From: Bacteroidota bacterium
Lineage (GTDB): Bacteria > Bacteroidota > Bacteroidia > Flavobacteriales_D > Crocinitomicaceae
Direction: 5' to 3'
NCBI GenBank assembly: GCA_016866255.1
Contig: VGMY01000008.1
Coordinates: 16,266-80,265, forward strand
DNA: 64,000 nt
The notes below the pieces were generated by a model. The model saw only the letters and a program-made list of their open reading frames with translations. It was not told the origin of the DNA and did no database searches. The position numbers and the translations under genes are program-made. Of the stretch, positions 8,444 to 18,589 are shown piece after piece. How positions within the stretch are numbered: position 1 is the stretch's first letter; every line of letters begins with the position of its first letter.

Positions 8444-9477
8444 TCCTTGATAAAGTGCTTTTTAAGTTTTACCTGATCTTTATTGGTTTCAATAAAATAT
8501 AAACCATTCGAAATATTTCTGAGATTCAACCTCGTGCCTGTGAGTGTAGCTATTTTTTCAACCATTACGTTTTGTCCATAGGCATTAAGCAAGGAGATTT
8601 GTTCGGGAAGAGCGTTTTCAATAATTATATGATCTGTACATGGGTTGGGAAAGATATTTACCGCAGGAAGCGCTTCTTCCTCTATTCCCACCCCAATTCC
8701 ATCTAGTTCCGTCCATCTGAAGATTTTGGGAGCGCCAAGCGTATCGAAACTCATTTCCGCAATGGCCAATTTGCCACCTTTCCCCACCCAAGAATAGCTG
8801 CCGGTAGTGCCCGAGCTCGTGCTCACCAAACTCCAGGTAGGTGGAAATATCGGAAGAGCCCATATGGAATCGGTGTAGTTGTCTGTGGTGTAAATGCGTA
8901 ATACATCGTAGGTTCCTTGCGGTGTGGTGATTTGCCCCCACGCATCGGTGGTATCATGCACCATCGAAGAACGCTTAAAACGTATTTGACTTACTAAGGG
9001 ATTGATTGCCGCTCCGGGTACAATCACATCAATCACGTACAAATCGTTGAAACTTGAACCAAAGGTTCTCGGAAATTGATGCAAGGTTAAATCAGGGTTG
9101 AACACCGCATTGATGATTCCTGAACCTAATAAATCTCCCGAAAATCCTTGAGTGGTGAACGATTGAGCACTTTTGTTAAAGTACAAATAACTCGCGTTGT
9201 CGTTGGTCATGGCCATGTTGGAATTCCCAAATTGATTTGCGCTCGGCGTTGAAGCTACCGATACCACGCTGGTATTCTCCGAGACAACATAGTTGCTAGT
9301 TGCCGTGAAGTTCCACGTCTGGTTCGGTCCGCTGCCTCCCGGACCAGGCAATACCGTCATCGTATCGGATTTTCGCGGAATGTTGTCGCCCACGGAAGGC
9401 ATGTCGTTTTGATCCAAGGTGATTTGGGCACTTAAGGTCCCAGCCATCATTCCAGCAAGCAGTAAAAAAGGTTTCAT
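8440..9477 (-). CDS. Secreted protein with a T9SS C-terminal sorting domain
   Basis: Signal peptide MKPFLLLAGMMAGTLSAQ. The C-terminal ~80 aa (VNIFPNPCTDHIIIE...ISNGLYFIETN) resembles the Por secretion tail. 4-nt overlap with the downstream gene. Confidence 0.7.
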   Translation of the reverse strand: MKPFLLLAGMMAGTLSAQITLDQNDMPSVGDNIPRKSDTMTVLPGPGGSGPNQTWNFTATSNYVVSENTSVVSVASTPSANQFGNSNMAMTNDNASYLYFNKSAQSFTTQGFSGDLLGSGIINAVFNPDLTLHQFPRTFGSSFNDLYVIDVIVPGAAINPLVSQIRFKRSSMVHDTTDAWGQITTPQGTYDVLRIYTTDNYTDSIWALPIFPPTWSLVSTSSGTTGSYSWVGKGGKLAIAEMSFDTLGAPKIFRWTELDGIGVGIEEEALPAVNIFPNPCTDHIIIENALPEQISLLNAYGQNVMVEKIATLTGTRLNLRNISNGLYFIETNKDQVKLKKHFIKE

Positions 9478-9497
9478 AGGTAAAAGTTTGCTTAAAG

Positions 9498-10520
9498 TTA
9501 AGCAATTTTTCGGAATCGATAAACGCCCATGCCAAGCAATGCGAGCAATATCACGGCAAACAACAAGTGGGCAGTCTGAACTAATCCGGGTAGATCAAAA
9601 TAGGCCAATAAGACTCCCGCACTGAGTTCCATGCCTAATACCACAAAAGCCCAACGAATTACCGAAATTTTATCCCCTTGCTCATTCTTCCAGGCTAAAT
9701 AAGCCAGGAGCAGTAACACCAACCAACTGAAACTGCGGTGAACGAAGAATTCTATTCCGAAATAATCGCTCCATGCTTCCCTGCCTAATCCCTGCTTTGT
9801 CAAGGCATCGATGTATTCTCGTACCTGGGTGCCAAGAAACATTTGGTAGAAAGTAATGGCAAACACCGCCCACCAAGTATAGAAGGTCAGCTTGTTGACA
9901 GGAATCTTCACTCCATGCTTCGGCGAAATCCGATACATCACGTAAAGCTGTATGAGTAAAATGACCAGGGCAAGGAATAAATGCACGGTGATTGTCCAAG
10001 GCACCAAGTTCGTGGCCACTACAATGGAACCAAACCATGCCTCCACGGCAATGAGCACGAGGTTGATGGCTGATAGGGTTAACAACCATCGCTTTCGGTA
10101 GAAAAGTACGCACCAAAAGAAACCTGCTAGCATCAAGTTGCCCGCAAGAAATCCGAGCAAACGATTGATGTATTCCGTGTAGGTTCGGGCAGCATTAAAA
10201 GGTTCTTCCTGCAGTAGGGTGGGGTCCTTTTCGATTTTTTGAGCGGTTTCTTCCATCCCAAATCTTCGCAAGAAGGCACAAAACTTCACCGCTTTTTTTG
10301 CGCGTTTCTCACGAAAAATGGATAAATAATTGGAAGGAAGCTGCGTTTCGGCGGTCGGAGGAATCCATTTTCCAAAACATTTTGGCCAATCTGGACATCC
10401 CATACCCGATCCGGTAATGCGCACAAAACTGCCGGCGCAAATCACCAAAAATAAGGCAACTAGGGTAACCCACTGAAAGCGAATAAATCGTTGAGTGTAC
10501 ATCATGCAACAGAACAGCAT
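9498..10520 (-). CDS. ctaA: Heme A synthase (COX15/CtaA family)
   Basis: Polytopic membrane protein with the N-terminal GSGMGCPDWPKCFG motif characteristic of COX15/CtaA. Confidence 0.8.
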   Translation of the reverse strand: MLFCCMMYTQRFIRFQWVTLVALFLVICAGSFVRITGSGMGCPDWPKCFGKWIPPTAETQLPSNYLSIFREKRAKKAVKFCAFLRRFGMEETAQKIEKDPTLLQEEPFNAARTYTEYINRLLGFLAGNLMLAGFFWCVLFYRKRWLLTLSAINLVLIAVEAWFGSIVVATNLVPWTITVHLFLALVILLIQLYVMYRISPKHGVKIPVNKLTFYTWWAVFAITFYQMFLGTQVREYIDALTKQGLGREAWSDYFGIEFFVHRSFSWLVLLLLAYLAWKNEQGDKISVIRWAFVVLGMELSAGVLLAYFDLPGLVQTAHLLFAVILLALLGMGVYRFRKIA

Positions 10521-10539
10521 TTATAACGTTTGCATGGCA

Positions 10540-11286
10540 TCAAAGTTCATTTTTTGAGGTGCCTTCTTTCGAACTCAAATACCGAATCACCTCCGCTGCA
10601 CCATGCAATCCAAACAAAGCTGGCATATAGCTGATGGTACCGTAAAAGGATTTTTTGAACTTGGTTCCGTCGGTCATCTTGAGCGATTTTTTGTCTTGAA
10701 GTTCCGAAGAAAATACCGCCTTAATTCCTCTTAGTGAAGCCCCTTTGCGCTTGATGCGTTTTTTGATGTGCGAACCCAGCTTGCAATTGTGGGTTTCGAC
10801 CAAGTTGACCACTTGCACTGTGGAAGGATCCACTTTCCCGCCGGCTCCCAAATGGGTTATTACCTTGATTTTTTGCTTTTTGCAGCAAAGCAACCACGCA
10901 AGTTTGGGCGATACCGAGTCGATGCAGTCCATTACATAGTCCGGTTGGTATTCGTTGAGCAATTCCCAAACCCTTTCTGGAACTACGAACTCTTCGAGAA
11001 CATTGACTTTTGCGTTGGGATTGATGTCCTTGATGCGCTCAGCTAAAACGACCGCCTTATTTTTTCCGATGGTGGAATCCAAGGCCGTTAGCTGACGGTT
11101 TTTGTTGGTGGGGTCAAAGACGTCCCCGTCAACAAGGGTGAGGGTGCCTACGCCAGCCCGTGCAATGAATTCTCCAGCAAACGATCCAATGCCACCGAGT
11201 CCAACAATCATGACGTGCGATTTCGCCAGTTTTTCAAGTTTTTTTGAACCAATCAACAGTTCCGACCTTTCCAACCAATGATTCAT
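10540..11286 (-). CDS. tcdA: tRNA threonylcarbamoyladenosine dehydratase (ThiF/HesA family)
   Basis: MNHWLERSELLIG..., Rossmann motif VMIVGLGGIGSFAGEFIARAGVGTLTLVDGD. Start placed at ATG 11286, giving an ATGA overlap with the tatD-like stop. The track's 352-aa version extends through the upstream gene. Confidence 0.8.
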   Translation of the reverse strand: MNHWLERSELLIGSKKLEKLAKSHVMIVGLGGIGSFAGEFIARAGVGTLTLVDGDVFDPTNKNRQLTALDSTIGKNKAVVLAERIKDINPNAKVNVLEEFVVPERVWELLNEYQPDYVMDCIDSVSPKLAWLLCCKKQKIKVITHLGAGGKVDPSTVQVVNLVETHNCKLGSHIKKRIKRKGASLRGIKAVFSSELQDKKSLKMTDGTKFKKSFYGTISYMPALFGLHGAAEVIRYLSSKEGTSKNEL

Positions 11287-11897
11287 GGCCCAAAAATAGC
11301 CAAAAAATTCTGTTCGATTTGCTGAGATAAAACCGCAAGATCGAATCCAGCAAGGCTGCAAAAACGCTGGTAAACCCACTGAATCTCTTCGTCCTTGTCG
11401 TCGGTTTCCAACAACAAACGCTTGAGGGGTATTTTGGTCAACAATGGATGCATGGCAGGGTTCGATAATGCCGAGGGACCAATGCTGAGGTATACTGGGG
11501 TTTCTAACAACCGTGGGAATTGTTTTGGTTGGTTGAAGCCGTGCAGAATCCACGGAGTTACTTGATGTGCGTTCTGCAGGGCATAAAACGCTTCCCAAGC
11601 CTGAACGATATGGAAAATAACCGGTTTATGGTGCTTCGCGGCCAGGCATAATTGCTCCTCAAGCACGCTTTGCTGAATTTCCATACTTGGGCCTTTGAGC
11701 CGGTCCAAACCCACCTCGCCCAGGGCTTTGCATGCAGGATGTTCCAAGGCAATTTCCAACGCTGGCAGGAGTGCCGAGTCCGCAAACCAAGGATGTATTC
11801 CTGAGGAATGAAATTGGTTCAGCGGAGCATCGACGGCTTGTACAATGGCGACTTCATGGGAGCGTAAACGGTGGGTATGAACGTTGTAAAAAACCAT
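11283..11897 (-). CDS. TatD-family metal-dependent hydrolase (short form)
   Basis: 204 aa with NVHTH near the N-terminus, GEVGLD, and ETD near the C-terminus. Confidence 0.7.
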   Translation of the reverse strand: MVFYNVHTHRLRSHEVAIVQAVDAPLNQFHSSGIHPWFADSALLPALEIALEHPACKALGEVGLDRLKGPSMEIQQSVLEEQLCLAAKHHKPVIFHIVQAWEAFYALQNAHQVTPWILHGFNQPKQFPRLLETPVYLSIGPSALSNPAMHPLLTKIPLKRLLLETDDKDEEIQWVYQRFCSLAGFDLAVLSQQIEQNFLAIFGP

Positions 11898-11983
11898 GTG
11901 AAAACAAATTTAAGCTCTTGTTAACAAAATTGAAGGAGTCGTTTGAATTTTTGTATATTCGGGCTCAACAAAACTCAATTATT

Positions 11984-13726
11984 ATGGAACAAGCAGCGCA
12001 AAATGGTCACCCAAAAGGGTTGTATCTATTATTTGTAACGGAAATGTGGGAGCGTTTCAGTTATTATGGGATGAGAGCCATTTTAATGCTTTTCATGACG
12101 AAAGCGTTGTTGTTTGACGCTGAATTTGCCTCGGGCCTTTACGGAAATTACACCGGCCTGGTCTACTTAACCCCGCTCATCGGTGGATACATTTCCGATA
12201 GATATTGGGGTAATCGAAAATCCATTTTCGTTGGAGGAATTATTATGGCCATTGGACAATTTTTATTGTTTTTCTCTGCCAGTTCTTTAGGCACTTCAGT
12301 GGCCCCATTATTGTTCTATTTTGGTTTATTGTCATTGATTATTGGAAATGGGTTTTTTAAACCGAATATTTCCACCATGGTCAATCAATTGTACGCACCG
12401 GGGGATAAGCGAGTGGATGGAGCTTTTTCCATTTTTTACATGGGGATCAACCTGGGGGCTTTCTTCTCTCCCTTGGTTTGTGGAACTTTAGCTGAAAAAG
12501 TGGATTACAAGTGGGGATTCCTAGCCGCAGGAATCGGGATGATTATCGGGGTAGTGGTATTCGAATTGTTCAAGAATAAATACATCGTTTCCGCAGATGG
12601 TAGAGTCGTGGGAGGGAAACCGGAGCTTTTAGGAACGCCTGTAGCGGAAAAAAGCAACGAAAATAACGCAGAAAAGCCCTCTAATTATTGGGCCCGAATT
12701 GGCTTGTGGTTAGCGGTGTATGCCGTATTGTGGTTCGTATTCATGCAATTGGTTGGGTTTAATTTTGTATCTACTTTGATTTTTGCTACCTCCATTGCAG
12801 CATCGGGTTTCGTCATAACGGACCCTTCTTTATCCAAAATTGAAAGGTCTAGAATTATTGTCATTTACATTATTGCATTTTTTGTGATTTTCTTTTGGTC
12901 TGCCTTTGAACAAGCAGGGGCTTCTTTAACGCTTTTTGCTGACCAACAGACGGATAGAACCATTTTTAATTGGGAGATGCCAGCATCGTATTTTCAATCG
13001 GTTAATCCATTAGCTATTATCATTTTTGCGCCCTTATTTGCAGTTCTATGGGGATATTTGGGAAAAAGAAACCGTGAGCCGGCAAGTCCTGTTAAACAAG
13101 CGATTGGTCTATTTTTATTGGCGATTGGTTATTTCATCATTGCCGTTGGAGTTTCAGGTGCGGAGGGGTCAACAAAAACCAGCATGTTTTGGTTGTTGAG
13201 CATGTACCTTGTCCATACCTTGGGGGAGCTTTGCCTATCCCCAATTGGACTGTCCATGGTTGCTCGATTGGCACCTCTTCGTTTGGGCTCGTTGTTAATG
13301 GGGATATGGTTCATGAGCAATGCCATGGCCAATGATTTTGCGGGCATGTTGTCTAAACTTTACCCTGAAAAATATGTAAGCGTAGAATTGGTGAAACAGG
13401 AGGAAAACAACTATAAGGTAGAACTGCTTTCCCGAGACAAAAAGCAACAAGACAAACTCCTTGCGGAGGTTGAAAATTTGGGAGGTATGCAATGTGTAGC
13501 TATTTCCTCGGTCGCGTTTTCAGAGATAAAGGATAAAAAATCCCAAGAAACGGCCTATCAGTCTATCACAGCAACCGCAAAAGTTAAGGAGAAGTCGTTC
13601 TTTGGAATGAAAGTGAATTCCTTGTACAGTTTCTTCATGGTGTTTGTGTTCATGGGAGGGGTTGCTGCTGGTTTACTTTACTTATTGCAAAAGAAACTTC
13701 TGGGCATGATGCATGGAATACGTTAA
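11984..13726 (+). CDS. Proton-dependent oligopeptide transporter (POT/PTR2 family), paralogue 1
   Basis: Starts at ATG 11984 (MEQAAQNGHPKGLYLLF). POT signature FVTEMWERFSYYGMR; many TM helices. The track ORF from 11732 overlaps the divergent upstream gene. Confidence 0.85.
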   Translation: MEQAAQNGHPKGLYLLFVTEMWERFSYYGMRAILMLFMTKALLFDAEFASGLYGNYTGLVYLTPLIGGYISDRYWGNRKSIFVGGIIMAIGQFLLFFSASSLGTSVAPLLFYFGLLSLIIGNGFFKPNISTMVNQLYAPGDKRVDGAFSIFYMGINLGAFFSPLVCGTLAEKVDYKWGFLAAGIGMIIGVVVFELFKNKYIVSADGRVVGGKPELLGTPVAEKSNENNAEKPSNYWARIGLWLAVYAVLWFVFMQLVGFNFVSTLIFATSIAASGFVITDPSLSKIERSRIIVIYIIAFFVIFFWSAFEQAGASLTLFADQQTDRTIFNWEMPASYFQSVNPLAIIIFAPLFAVLWGYLGKRNREPASPVKQAIGLFLLAIGYFIIAVGVSGAEGSTKTSMFWLLSMYLVHTLGELCLSPIGLSMVARLAPLRLGSLLMGIWFMSNAMANDFAGMLSKLYPEKYVSVELVKQEENNYKVELLSRDKKQQDKLLAEVENLGGMQCVAISSVAFSEIKDKKSQETAYQSITATAKVKEKSFFGMKVNSLYSFFMVFVFMGGVAAGLLYLLQKKLLGMMHGIR

Positions 13727-13741
13727 TCGAGGTCGTAGCTA

Positions 13742-15358
13742 ATGTTTGGAAAAGACCATCCCAGGGCCCTTTCATTCCTCTTTTTTACCGAAATGTGGGA
13801 ACGTTTTGGGTACTACTTAATGATCGGTATTTTTACCCTTTACCTGAAAGACGTCGATGCGGGTTTTGGCCTCACTGAAAACGAGGCTTCCGACCTGTAC
13901 GGGACGTTTATAGCACTGGTATTTCTCACGCCCTTTATTGGAGGTCTTTTAGCAGACCGCCTTATTGGATATCGAAAAGCCATTTTTCTAGGAGGAATAA
14001 TGATGGGAGTAGGGTATTGTGTTATGGCCCTTCATTCTTTGAGTGCCTTGTACCTTGCTATGTTTTTAGTCATTCTCGGAAACGGTTTCTTTAAACCGAA
14101 CATTTCCACCTTGTTGGGGAATGTATACAACGGGGATGAGTTCAAGGAGAAAAAAGACGCCGGGTATAATATCTTCTATATGGGGATCAACATTGGTGCT
14201 TTTGTTTGCAATTTTTTTGGGGCAGTTCTGTTCAATATCTACGGTTGGTATGCCGCTTTTTTGGCGGCAGGAGTTGGCATGTTCATTGGCATTTTCATCT
14301 TTTGGTGGGGTACTTCCCATTATCGGCACGCAGATGTAATAAAACCGGTAGCGCCGACCGACATGTCTTTGACGAGAATTTTCAGCTTGGTTTTGCTTCC
14401 TGCTTTGATTTTTGGTTTAATTCCCTTGACTTTCAACGAGCCATTAGTAAGCTCTAAAACAACGGATTGTTTTCTTTTTGGTTGCATTCCTGTCTTATTT
14501 TTTTATGGCCGTTTATGGTATAAATCTCCTGCCGAGGAGCGACAGCCCATTGCTGCTATGCTGGCTATTTTTGCCGTGGTTATTGCTTTTTGGGCCGTGT
14601 TCAAACAAAACGGTTCAACCCTCAATACCTGGGCTAATAACTACACAAATCGTGAAGTACCTGCCCTTATTGAACCAACGGCCAATGCTTTAAGGCTCGC
14701 TGAAAAAATTCAATTTGTTAAGGATTCAGTGATTCCAACCGATGCCCAATTTCGAAAATTAGGAAACCAAAAAGTCATCGGCTATCCGGATTATTTTAAG
14801 AATCTTCCAGCTTCTAAACTTCCGGACGAAGGAACATCCATTGCTGCTTTTAATACGAATTTGTTCCAATCGGTCAATCCATTTTGGGTTATTATTTTTA
14901 CACCGCTGGTTGTGGCTTTTTTCACCTTTCTGCGTTCTCGTAAGAAAGAACCCAGTACACCAACGAAAATTGCGTTTGGGCTGCTCATTTCCGCCTTGTC
15001 GTGTCTTGTTATGGTAGGGGCAGTGTATGCGAGCAATAACGGCGCAGAGAAATCCTCAGCATGGTGGTTCATTGCCAGTTATGCAGTCATTACCATTGGC
15101 GAATTGTTTTTGAGCCCAATGGGCCTTTCCTTAGTTTCTAAACTAAGCCCACCAAGGTTGACCGCTTTAATGATGGGAGGGTGGTTTTTGGCTACCTCGA
15201 TAGGAAATAAACTCTCAGGAGTTTTAAGTTCTTTGTGGGACTCGTACGACAATAAGGTTGATTTTTTCTACGTGAACGCTTTATTGCTTGGCGCTTCTGC
15301 CTTGTTACTCTTTTCATTATTGAAATGGTTGAACAAAATCTTCAAGAATTACGCGTAG
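13742..15358 (+). CDS. Proton-dependent oligopeptide transporter (POT/PTR2 family), paralogue 2
   Basis: FFTEMWERFGYYLM signature and polytopic. Lies 15 nt downstream of paralogue 1. Confidence 0.85.
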   Translation: MFGKDHPRALSFLFFTEMWERFGYYLMIGIFTLYLKDVDAGFGLTENEASDLYGTFIALVFLTPFIGGLLADRLIGYRKAIFLGGIMMGVGYCVMALHSLSALYLAMFLVILGNGFFKPNISTLLGNVYNGDEFKEKKDAGYNIFYMGINIGAFVCNFFGAVLFNIYGWYAAFLAAGVGMFIGIFIFWWGTSHYRHADVIKPVAPTDMSLTRIFSLVLLPALIFGLIPLTFNEPLVSSKTTDCFLFGCIPVLFFYGRLWYKSPAEERQPIAAMLAIFAVVIAFWAVFKQNGSTLNTWANNYTNREVPALIEPTANALRLAEKIQFVKDSVIPTDAQFRKLGNQKVIGYPDYFKNLPASKLPDEGTSIAAFNTNLFQSVNPFWVIIFTPLVVAFFTFLRSRKKEPSTPTKIAFGLLISALSCLVMVGAVYASNNGAEKSSAWWFIASYAVITIGELFLSPMGLSLVSKLSPPRLTALMMGGWFLATSIGNKLSGVLSSLWDSYDNKVDFFYVNALLLGASALLLFSLLKWLNKIFKNYA

Positions 15359-15402
15359 GCTATTTTAACCCCTCACTAAAAAGTGTATTGAACGGATTTC
15401 GG

Positions 15403-15939
15403 TTACAACCGATACTTCTTGAAAAAAGACTCCCAATTCCAAAGGAAGTTATGCAGAAGCTCGTCTAATCGCTTCAGAAATACGGGATTAGGAGCGTTCA
15501 TTCGCTTGAAGTAATCGTCCTGAAACTGGTTTAATTCGTATTTGTGAAATACCGCCTTCGACATAGCATACAGGGTGGTTTTAGACGGCAGGTTCACGCG
15601 TTTCATGAATTGCTTGTATTCTTGAATGAGTTCCCGCATTTCCAGCGAGTCCATTTTGTAGGCCGTAGCCAGTTTTTCATAAATCAGCTGCATCGTTCGT
15701 GTTCCCGAATGACCCTCAAACAAGCGTTCCATTTCAACGATGTTGGCCGTGATAACAATCAACGCGAACTCATCAACCGCTTTCGCATCAATACCCGGTG
15801 ATGCTACAAAACCAGGGTCTTCGTTAATGCAATCGCAAACCGTAGTAAAGCCTCGGTCAATCACATCAAAGATTCCGTTGACGAAAATGCTCGAGGTTTG
15901 ATCTTCGTTGAGTTTTTTCTTCAGAAAGTTCGAAAACAT
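15403..15939 (-). CDS. Hypothetical protein
   Basis: 178-aa ORF filling the gap between flanking genes. No family recognised. Confidence 0.55.
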   Translation of the reverse strand: MFSNFLKKKLNEDQTSSIFVNGIFDVIDRGFTTVCDCINEDPGFVASPGIDAKAVDEFALIVITANIVEMERLFEGHSGTRTMQLIYEKLATAYKMDSLEMRELIQEYKQFMKRVNLPSKTTLYAMSKAVFHKYELNQFQDDYFKRMNAPNPVFLKRLDELLHNFLWNWESFFKKYRL

Positions 15940-16045
15940 TGCGTTCAGCGAATTATTATATTGTTACAAAAATAGAAATTGAAAGCACGCTGATTTTTTT
16001 TGATGCTTTTATCTTATTAACGGAGTTTTCAACATAAATCGTTCG

Positions 16046-16053
16046 TACTTTTG
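16046..16053 (+). promoter_or_regulatory. Candidate -7 box (TActTTTG) upstream of the cyclophilin gene
   Basis: Exact TAnnTTTG match 16 nt upstream of ATG 16070. Confidence 0.35.
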
Positions 16054-16069
16054 CTGAAATTTAAATGGA

Positions 16070-16522
16070 ATGAAAGCGAGAATTAGTACCTCAAAAGGCA
16101 CCATGGTAGCCGAACTTTACGCAAACGATGCCCCAAATACCGTAGCGAATTTTAAGAAATTAGCGGATGAGGGTTATTATAACGGGTTGAAATTTCATCG
16201 AGTAATTCCCGATTTTGTCATTCAAGGAGGTTGTCCAAATACACGGGAAGGCTCGAATGGAATGCCTGGAACCGGGGGACCGGGATATCAAATTAATTGT
16301 GAGTTAGACGGTGAATTGCAATACCACGACCGCGGTGTCCTTTCCATGGCCCATGCGGGGAGAAACACGGGAGGTTCACAATTTTTTGTGTGCCATTCGC
16401 GAAATAACACGGCTCACTTAGATCGAAATCACACGTGTTTCGGAAAGTTGATAGAAGGTTTAGACGTTTTAGACAGCATCGCTCAAGGCGATAGCATCGA
16501 CGAAATTACCGTAATAGTATAA
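16070..16522 (+). CDS. Peptidyl-prolyl cis-trans isomerase, cyclophilin type
   Basis: [20 protein letters not shown] and [17 protein letters not shown] motifs. Confidence 0.9.
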   Translation: MKARISTSKGTMVAELYANDAPNTVANFKKLADEGYYNGLKFHRVIPDFVIQGGCPNTREGSNGMPGTGGPGYQINCELDGELQYHDRGVLSMAHAGRNTGGSQFFVCHSRNNTAHLDRNHTCFGKLIEGLDVLDSIAQGDSIDEITVIV

Positions 16523-16534
16523 TGTTTTAACGGC

Positions 16535-17488
16535 TTAGAACCTGCCGTATTGAGCAATAATTAAGGACGCAAGTTCTTCACCAATGCGATCTTGAGCTTC
16601 GTTGGTGGCTGCCCCAATGTGGGGTGTACAGGCAATTTTAGGATGGTTTAATAACCTTGGATCTGGATGGGGCTCGTTATTGTAAACGTCCAAGCCTGCG
16701 AAAGAAACGGTACCGTTTTCCAACGCTTCGAGCAAGGCGTTTTCATCGATCACACCTCCGCGCGAGGCATTCACAATGCGTATTCCTTTTTTCATGCGTG
16801 CGAATTCATCAGCACCAATGACTGCATCCCCGTTGGGTTGCTTTGGAACGTGCAGCGACAGGTAGTCGGCAAGCGGAAGCACTTCGTTTATGTCCTTGGT
16901 GCATTGCACCTCCAACCTAAGAGTGTGGTCACCGATGCGTAAATCTATCCCAGCCATTTCGCACTCTTGGTCTACGCCAATCACCTTCATACCTGCTCCC
17001 AAAGCATAGGATGCCAAGGCTTGACCAATTCTGCCAAAACCAACTATGACGAGTGTTTTTCCCCGCAATTCAACCCCTTTTCCGTAGGCTTTTTTAAGGG
17101 CATTGAAATCTCCCGATCCCATGTTTTTGTAAGAATCATGTAAAAAACGCGCAATGGAAAACATTTGACCCATCACCAATTCTGCCACAGATTGCGACGA
17201 AGACGCGGGAGTATTGATCACGGTAAGGCCTTTTTCCCTTGCATAACTAACATCGATATTGTCCATTCCTACTCCTCCACGTCCAATCAATTTTAAAGAA
17301 GGACAGGCATCAATCAATTCTTTCCGAGCAGTGGTAGCACTTCGGACCAACAACATATCTATGGAGTAAGTTTGCAGGTAGTTTGCTAATGCATCTTGAG
17401 CTATATTGTCGGTAATTACCTGGTAACCGGCCTGTTCTAAGGCTCTTTTTCCGGCTTCTGAAATGCCGTCGTTCGCTAAAATTTTCAT
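16535..17488 (-). CDS. serA: D-3-phosphoglycerate dehydrogenase (D-isomer 2-hydroxyacid dehydrogenase family)
   Basis: NAD-binding motif VGFGRIGQ; family-typical C-terminal TPHIG. Immediately downstream of serC. Confidence 0.75.
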   Translation of the reverse strand: MKILANDGISEAGKRALEQAGYQVITDNIAQDALANYLQTYSIDMLLVRSATTARKELIDACPSLKLIGRGGVGMDNIDVSYAREKGLTVINTPASSSQSVAELVMGQMFSIARFLHDSYKNMGSGDFNALKKAYGKGVELRGKTLVIVGFGRIGQALASYALGAGMKVIGVDQECEMAGIDLRIGDHTLRLEVQCTKDINEVLPLADYLSLHVPKQPNGDAVIGADEFARMKKGIRIVNASRGGVIDENALLEALENGTVSFAGLDVYNNEPHPDPRLLNHPKIACTPHIGAATNEAQDRIGEELASLIIAQYGRF

Positions 17489-17490
17489 GA

Positions 17491-18555
17491 TTAAGCCTTA
17501 CGTTCAAATTCTTTCATTACATCCACCAAAACCTTTACACTCTCGATGGGTAGTGCGTTGTACAACGAAGCACGGTATCCTCCTACAGAACGATGTCCTG
17601 GAAGACCAACAATTCCCGCACCCTTCCAAAGCGCATCAAAATCTGCAGCTCTGGTTTCGTCGTTCAGTAAAAATGTTGCGTTCATTTTAGACCGATCTTC
17701 CGTTGCTACAGCTCCTTTGAATTGGCTGTTGCGGTCGATTTCATCGTACAAAAGAGCTGCCTTTGCATTGTTGCGTTGTTCCATAGCCGAAACCCCTCCA
17801 TGCGCAATTAAATCCCGTAAATTAAGCATGGCAACGTACACAGAAAACACCGGGGGAGTGTTCATCATGGATTCTTTTTCAACGTGCTGTTTTAAGTCCA
17901 AGTAGGTCGGTAAAAACGGCGAAGAAGATTTTCCTAAAACCTCGTCCTTTACAACGTAAAGTGTTGCTCCAGCCGGACCTAAGTTTTTTTGGGCTCCAGC
18001 ATAAATCAAATCAAAATCTGCCACGTTGATTTGCTTCGAGAAAATGTCCGAAGACATATCGCAAACTAAAGGGAGATCAGTGGACGGAAATGCGTGAAAT
18101 TGGGTTCCGTAAATAGTGTTATTTGAGGTAAAATGAAGGTAATCAAGGCCTTCGGGAATCGAATAGTTTTTGGGGATATACGTGAAATTTTTATGTTCCG
18201 AACTGGCAAAAACGTTCACATCAACGCCCACTTTTTGGGCTTCTTTAATGGCCCCGGTTGCCCATGTTCCTGTATTTATGTAGCCTGCCGTTTTGCGCTC
18301 GCGCATCATGTTCAAGGCTGCGATGGTAAATCCAAGAGTGGCCCCACCTTGTACAAAGGTCACCGAGTACCCATCAGGAACTCCAAGCGCTTCTTTGGTA
18401 AGGGCAATGGCTTCATCCATCACGGCAACAAAATCTTTGTGGCGGTGGGATACCTCTAGAATAGATAGACCATTGAAATCGAGCACACCCGCTGCTGCTT
18501 CTTGAAAAACTACCTGCGGTAAAATACAAGGGCCAGCACCGAAATTATATTTCAT
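17491..18555 (-). CDS. serC: Phosphoserine aminotransferase
   Basis: MKYNFGAGPCILPQVV N-terminus and class V aminotransferase features; 354 aa. Confidence 0.85.
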   Translation of the reverse strand: MKYNFGAGPCILPQVVFQEAAAGVLDFNGLSILEVSHRHKDFVAVMDEAIALTKEALGVPDGYSVTFVQGGATLGFTIAALNMMRERKTAGYINTGTWATGAIKEAQKVGVDVNVFASSEHKNFTYIPKNYSIPEGLDYLHFTSNNTIYGTQFHAFPSTDLPLVCDMSSDIFSKQINVADFDLIYAGAQKNLGPAGATLYVVKDEVLGKSSSPFLPTYLDLKQHVEKESMMNTPPVFSVYVAMLNLRDLIAHGGVSAMEQRNNAKAALLYDEIDRNSQFKGAVATEDRSKMNATFLLNDETRAADFDALWKGAGIVGLPGHRSVGGYRASLYNALPIESVKVLVDVMKEFERKA

Positions 18556-18589
18556 GGTTGTTGGTTGTTGATGGGATTAATATCAAAAA

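Noticed and set aside
11287-11598. N-terminal 104-aa extension of the track ORF 10540..11598
   Set aside because: It overlaps the TatD-like gene in another frame and has no protein-like sequence. The ThiF-family protein begins cleanly at ATG 11286, with an ATGA stop/start overlap.
11732-11983. 84-aa N-terminal extension of the first POT transporter ORF
   Set aside because: It overlaps the divergent TatD-like gene. The POT signature and a normal N-terminus start at ATG 11984.
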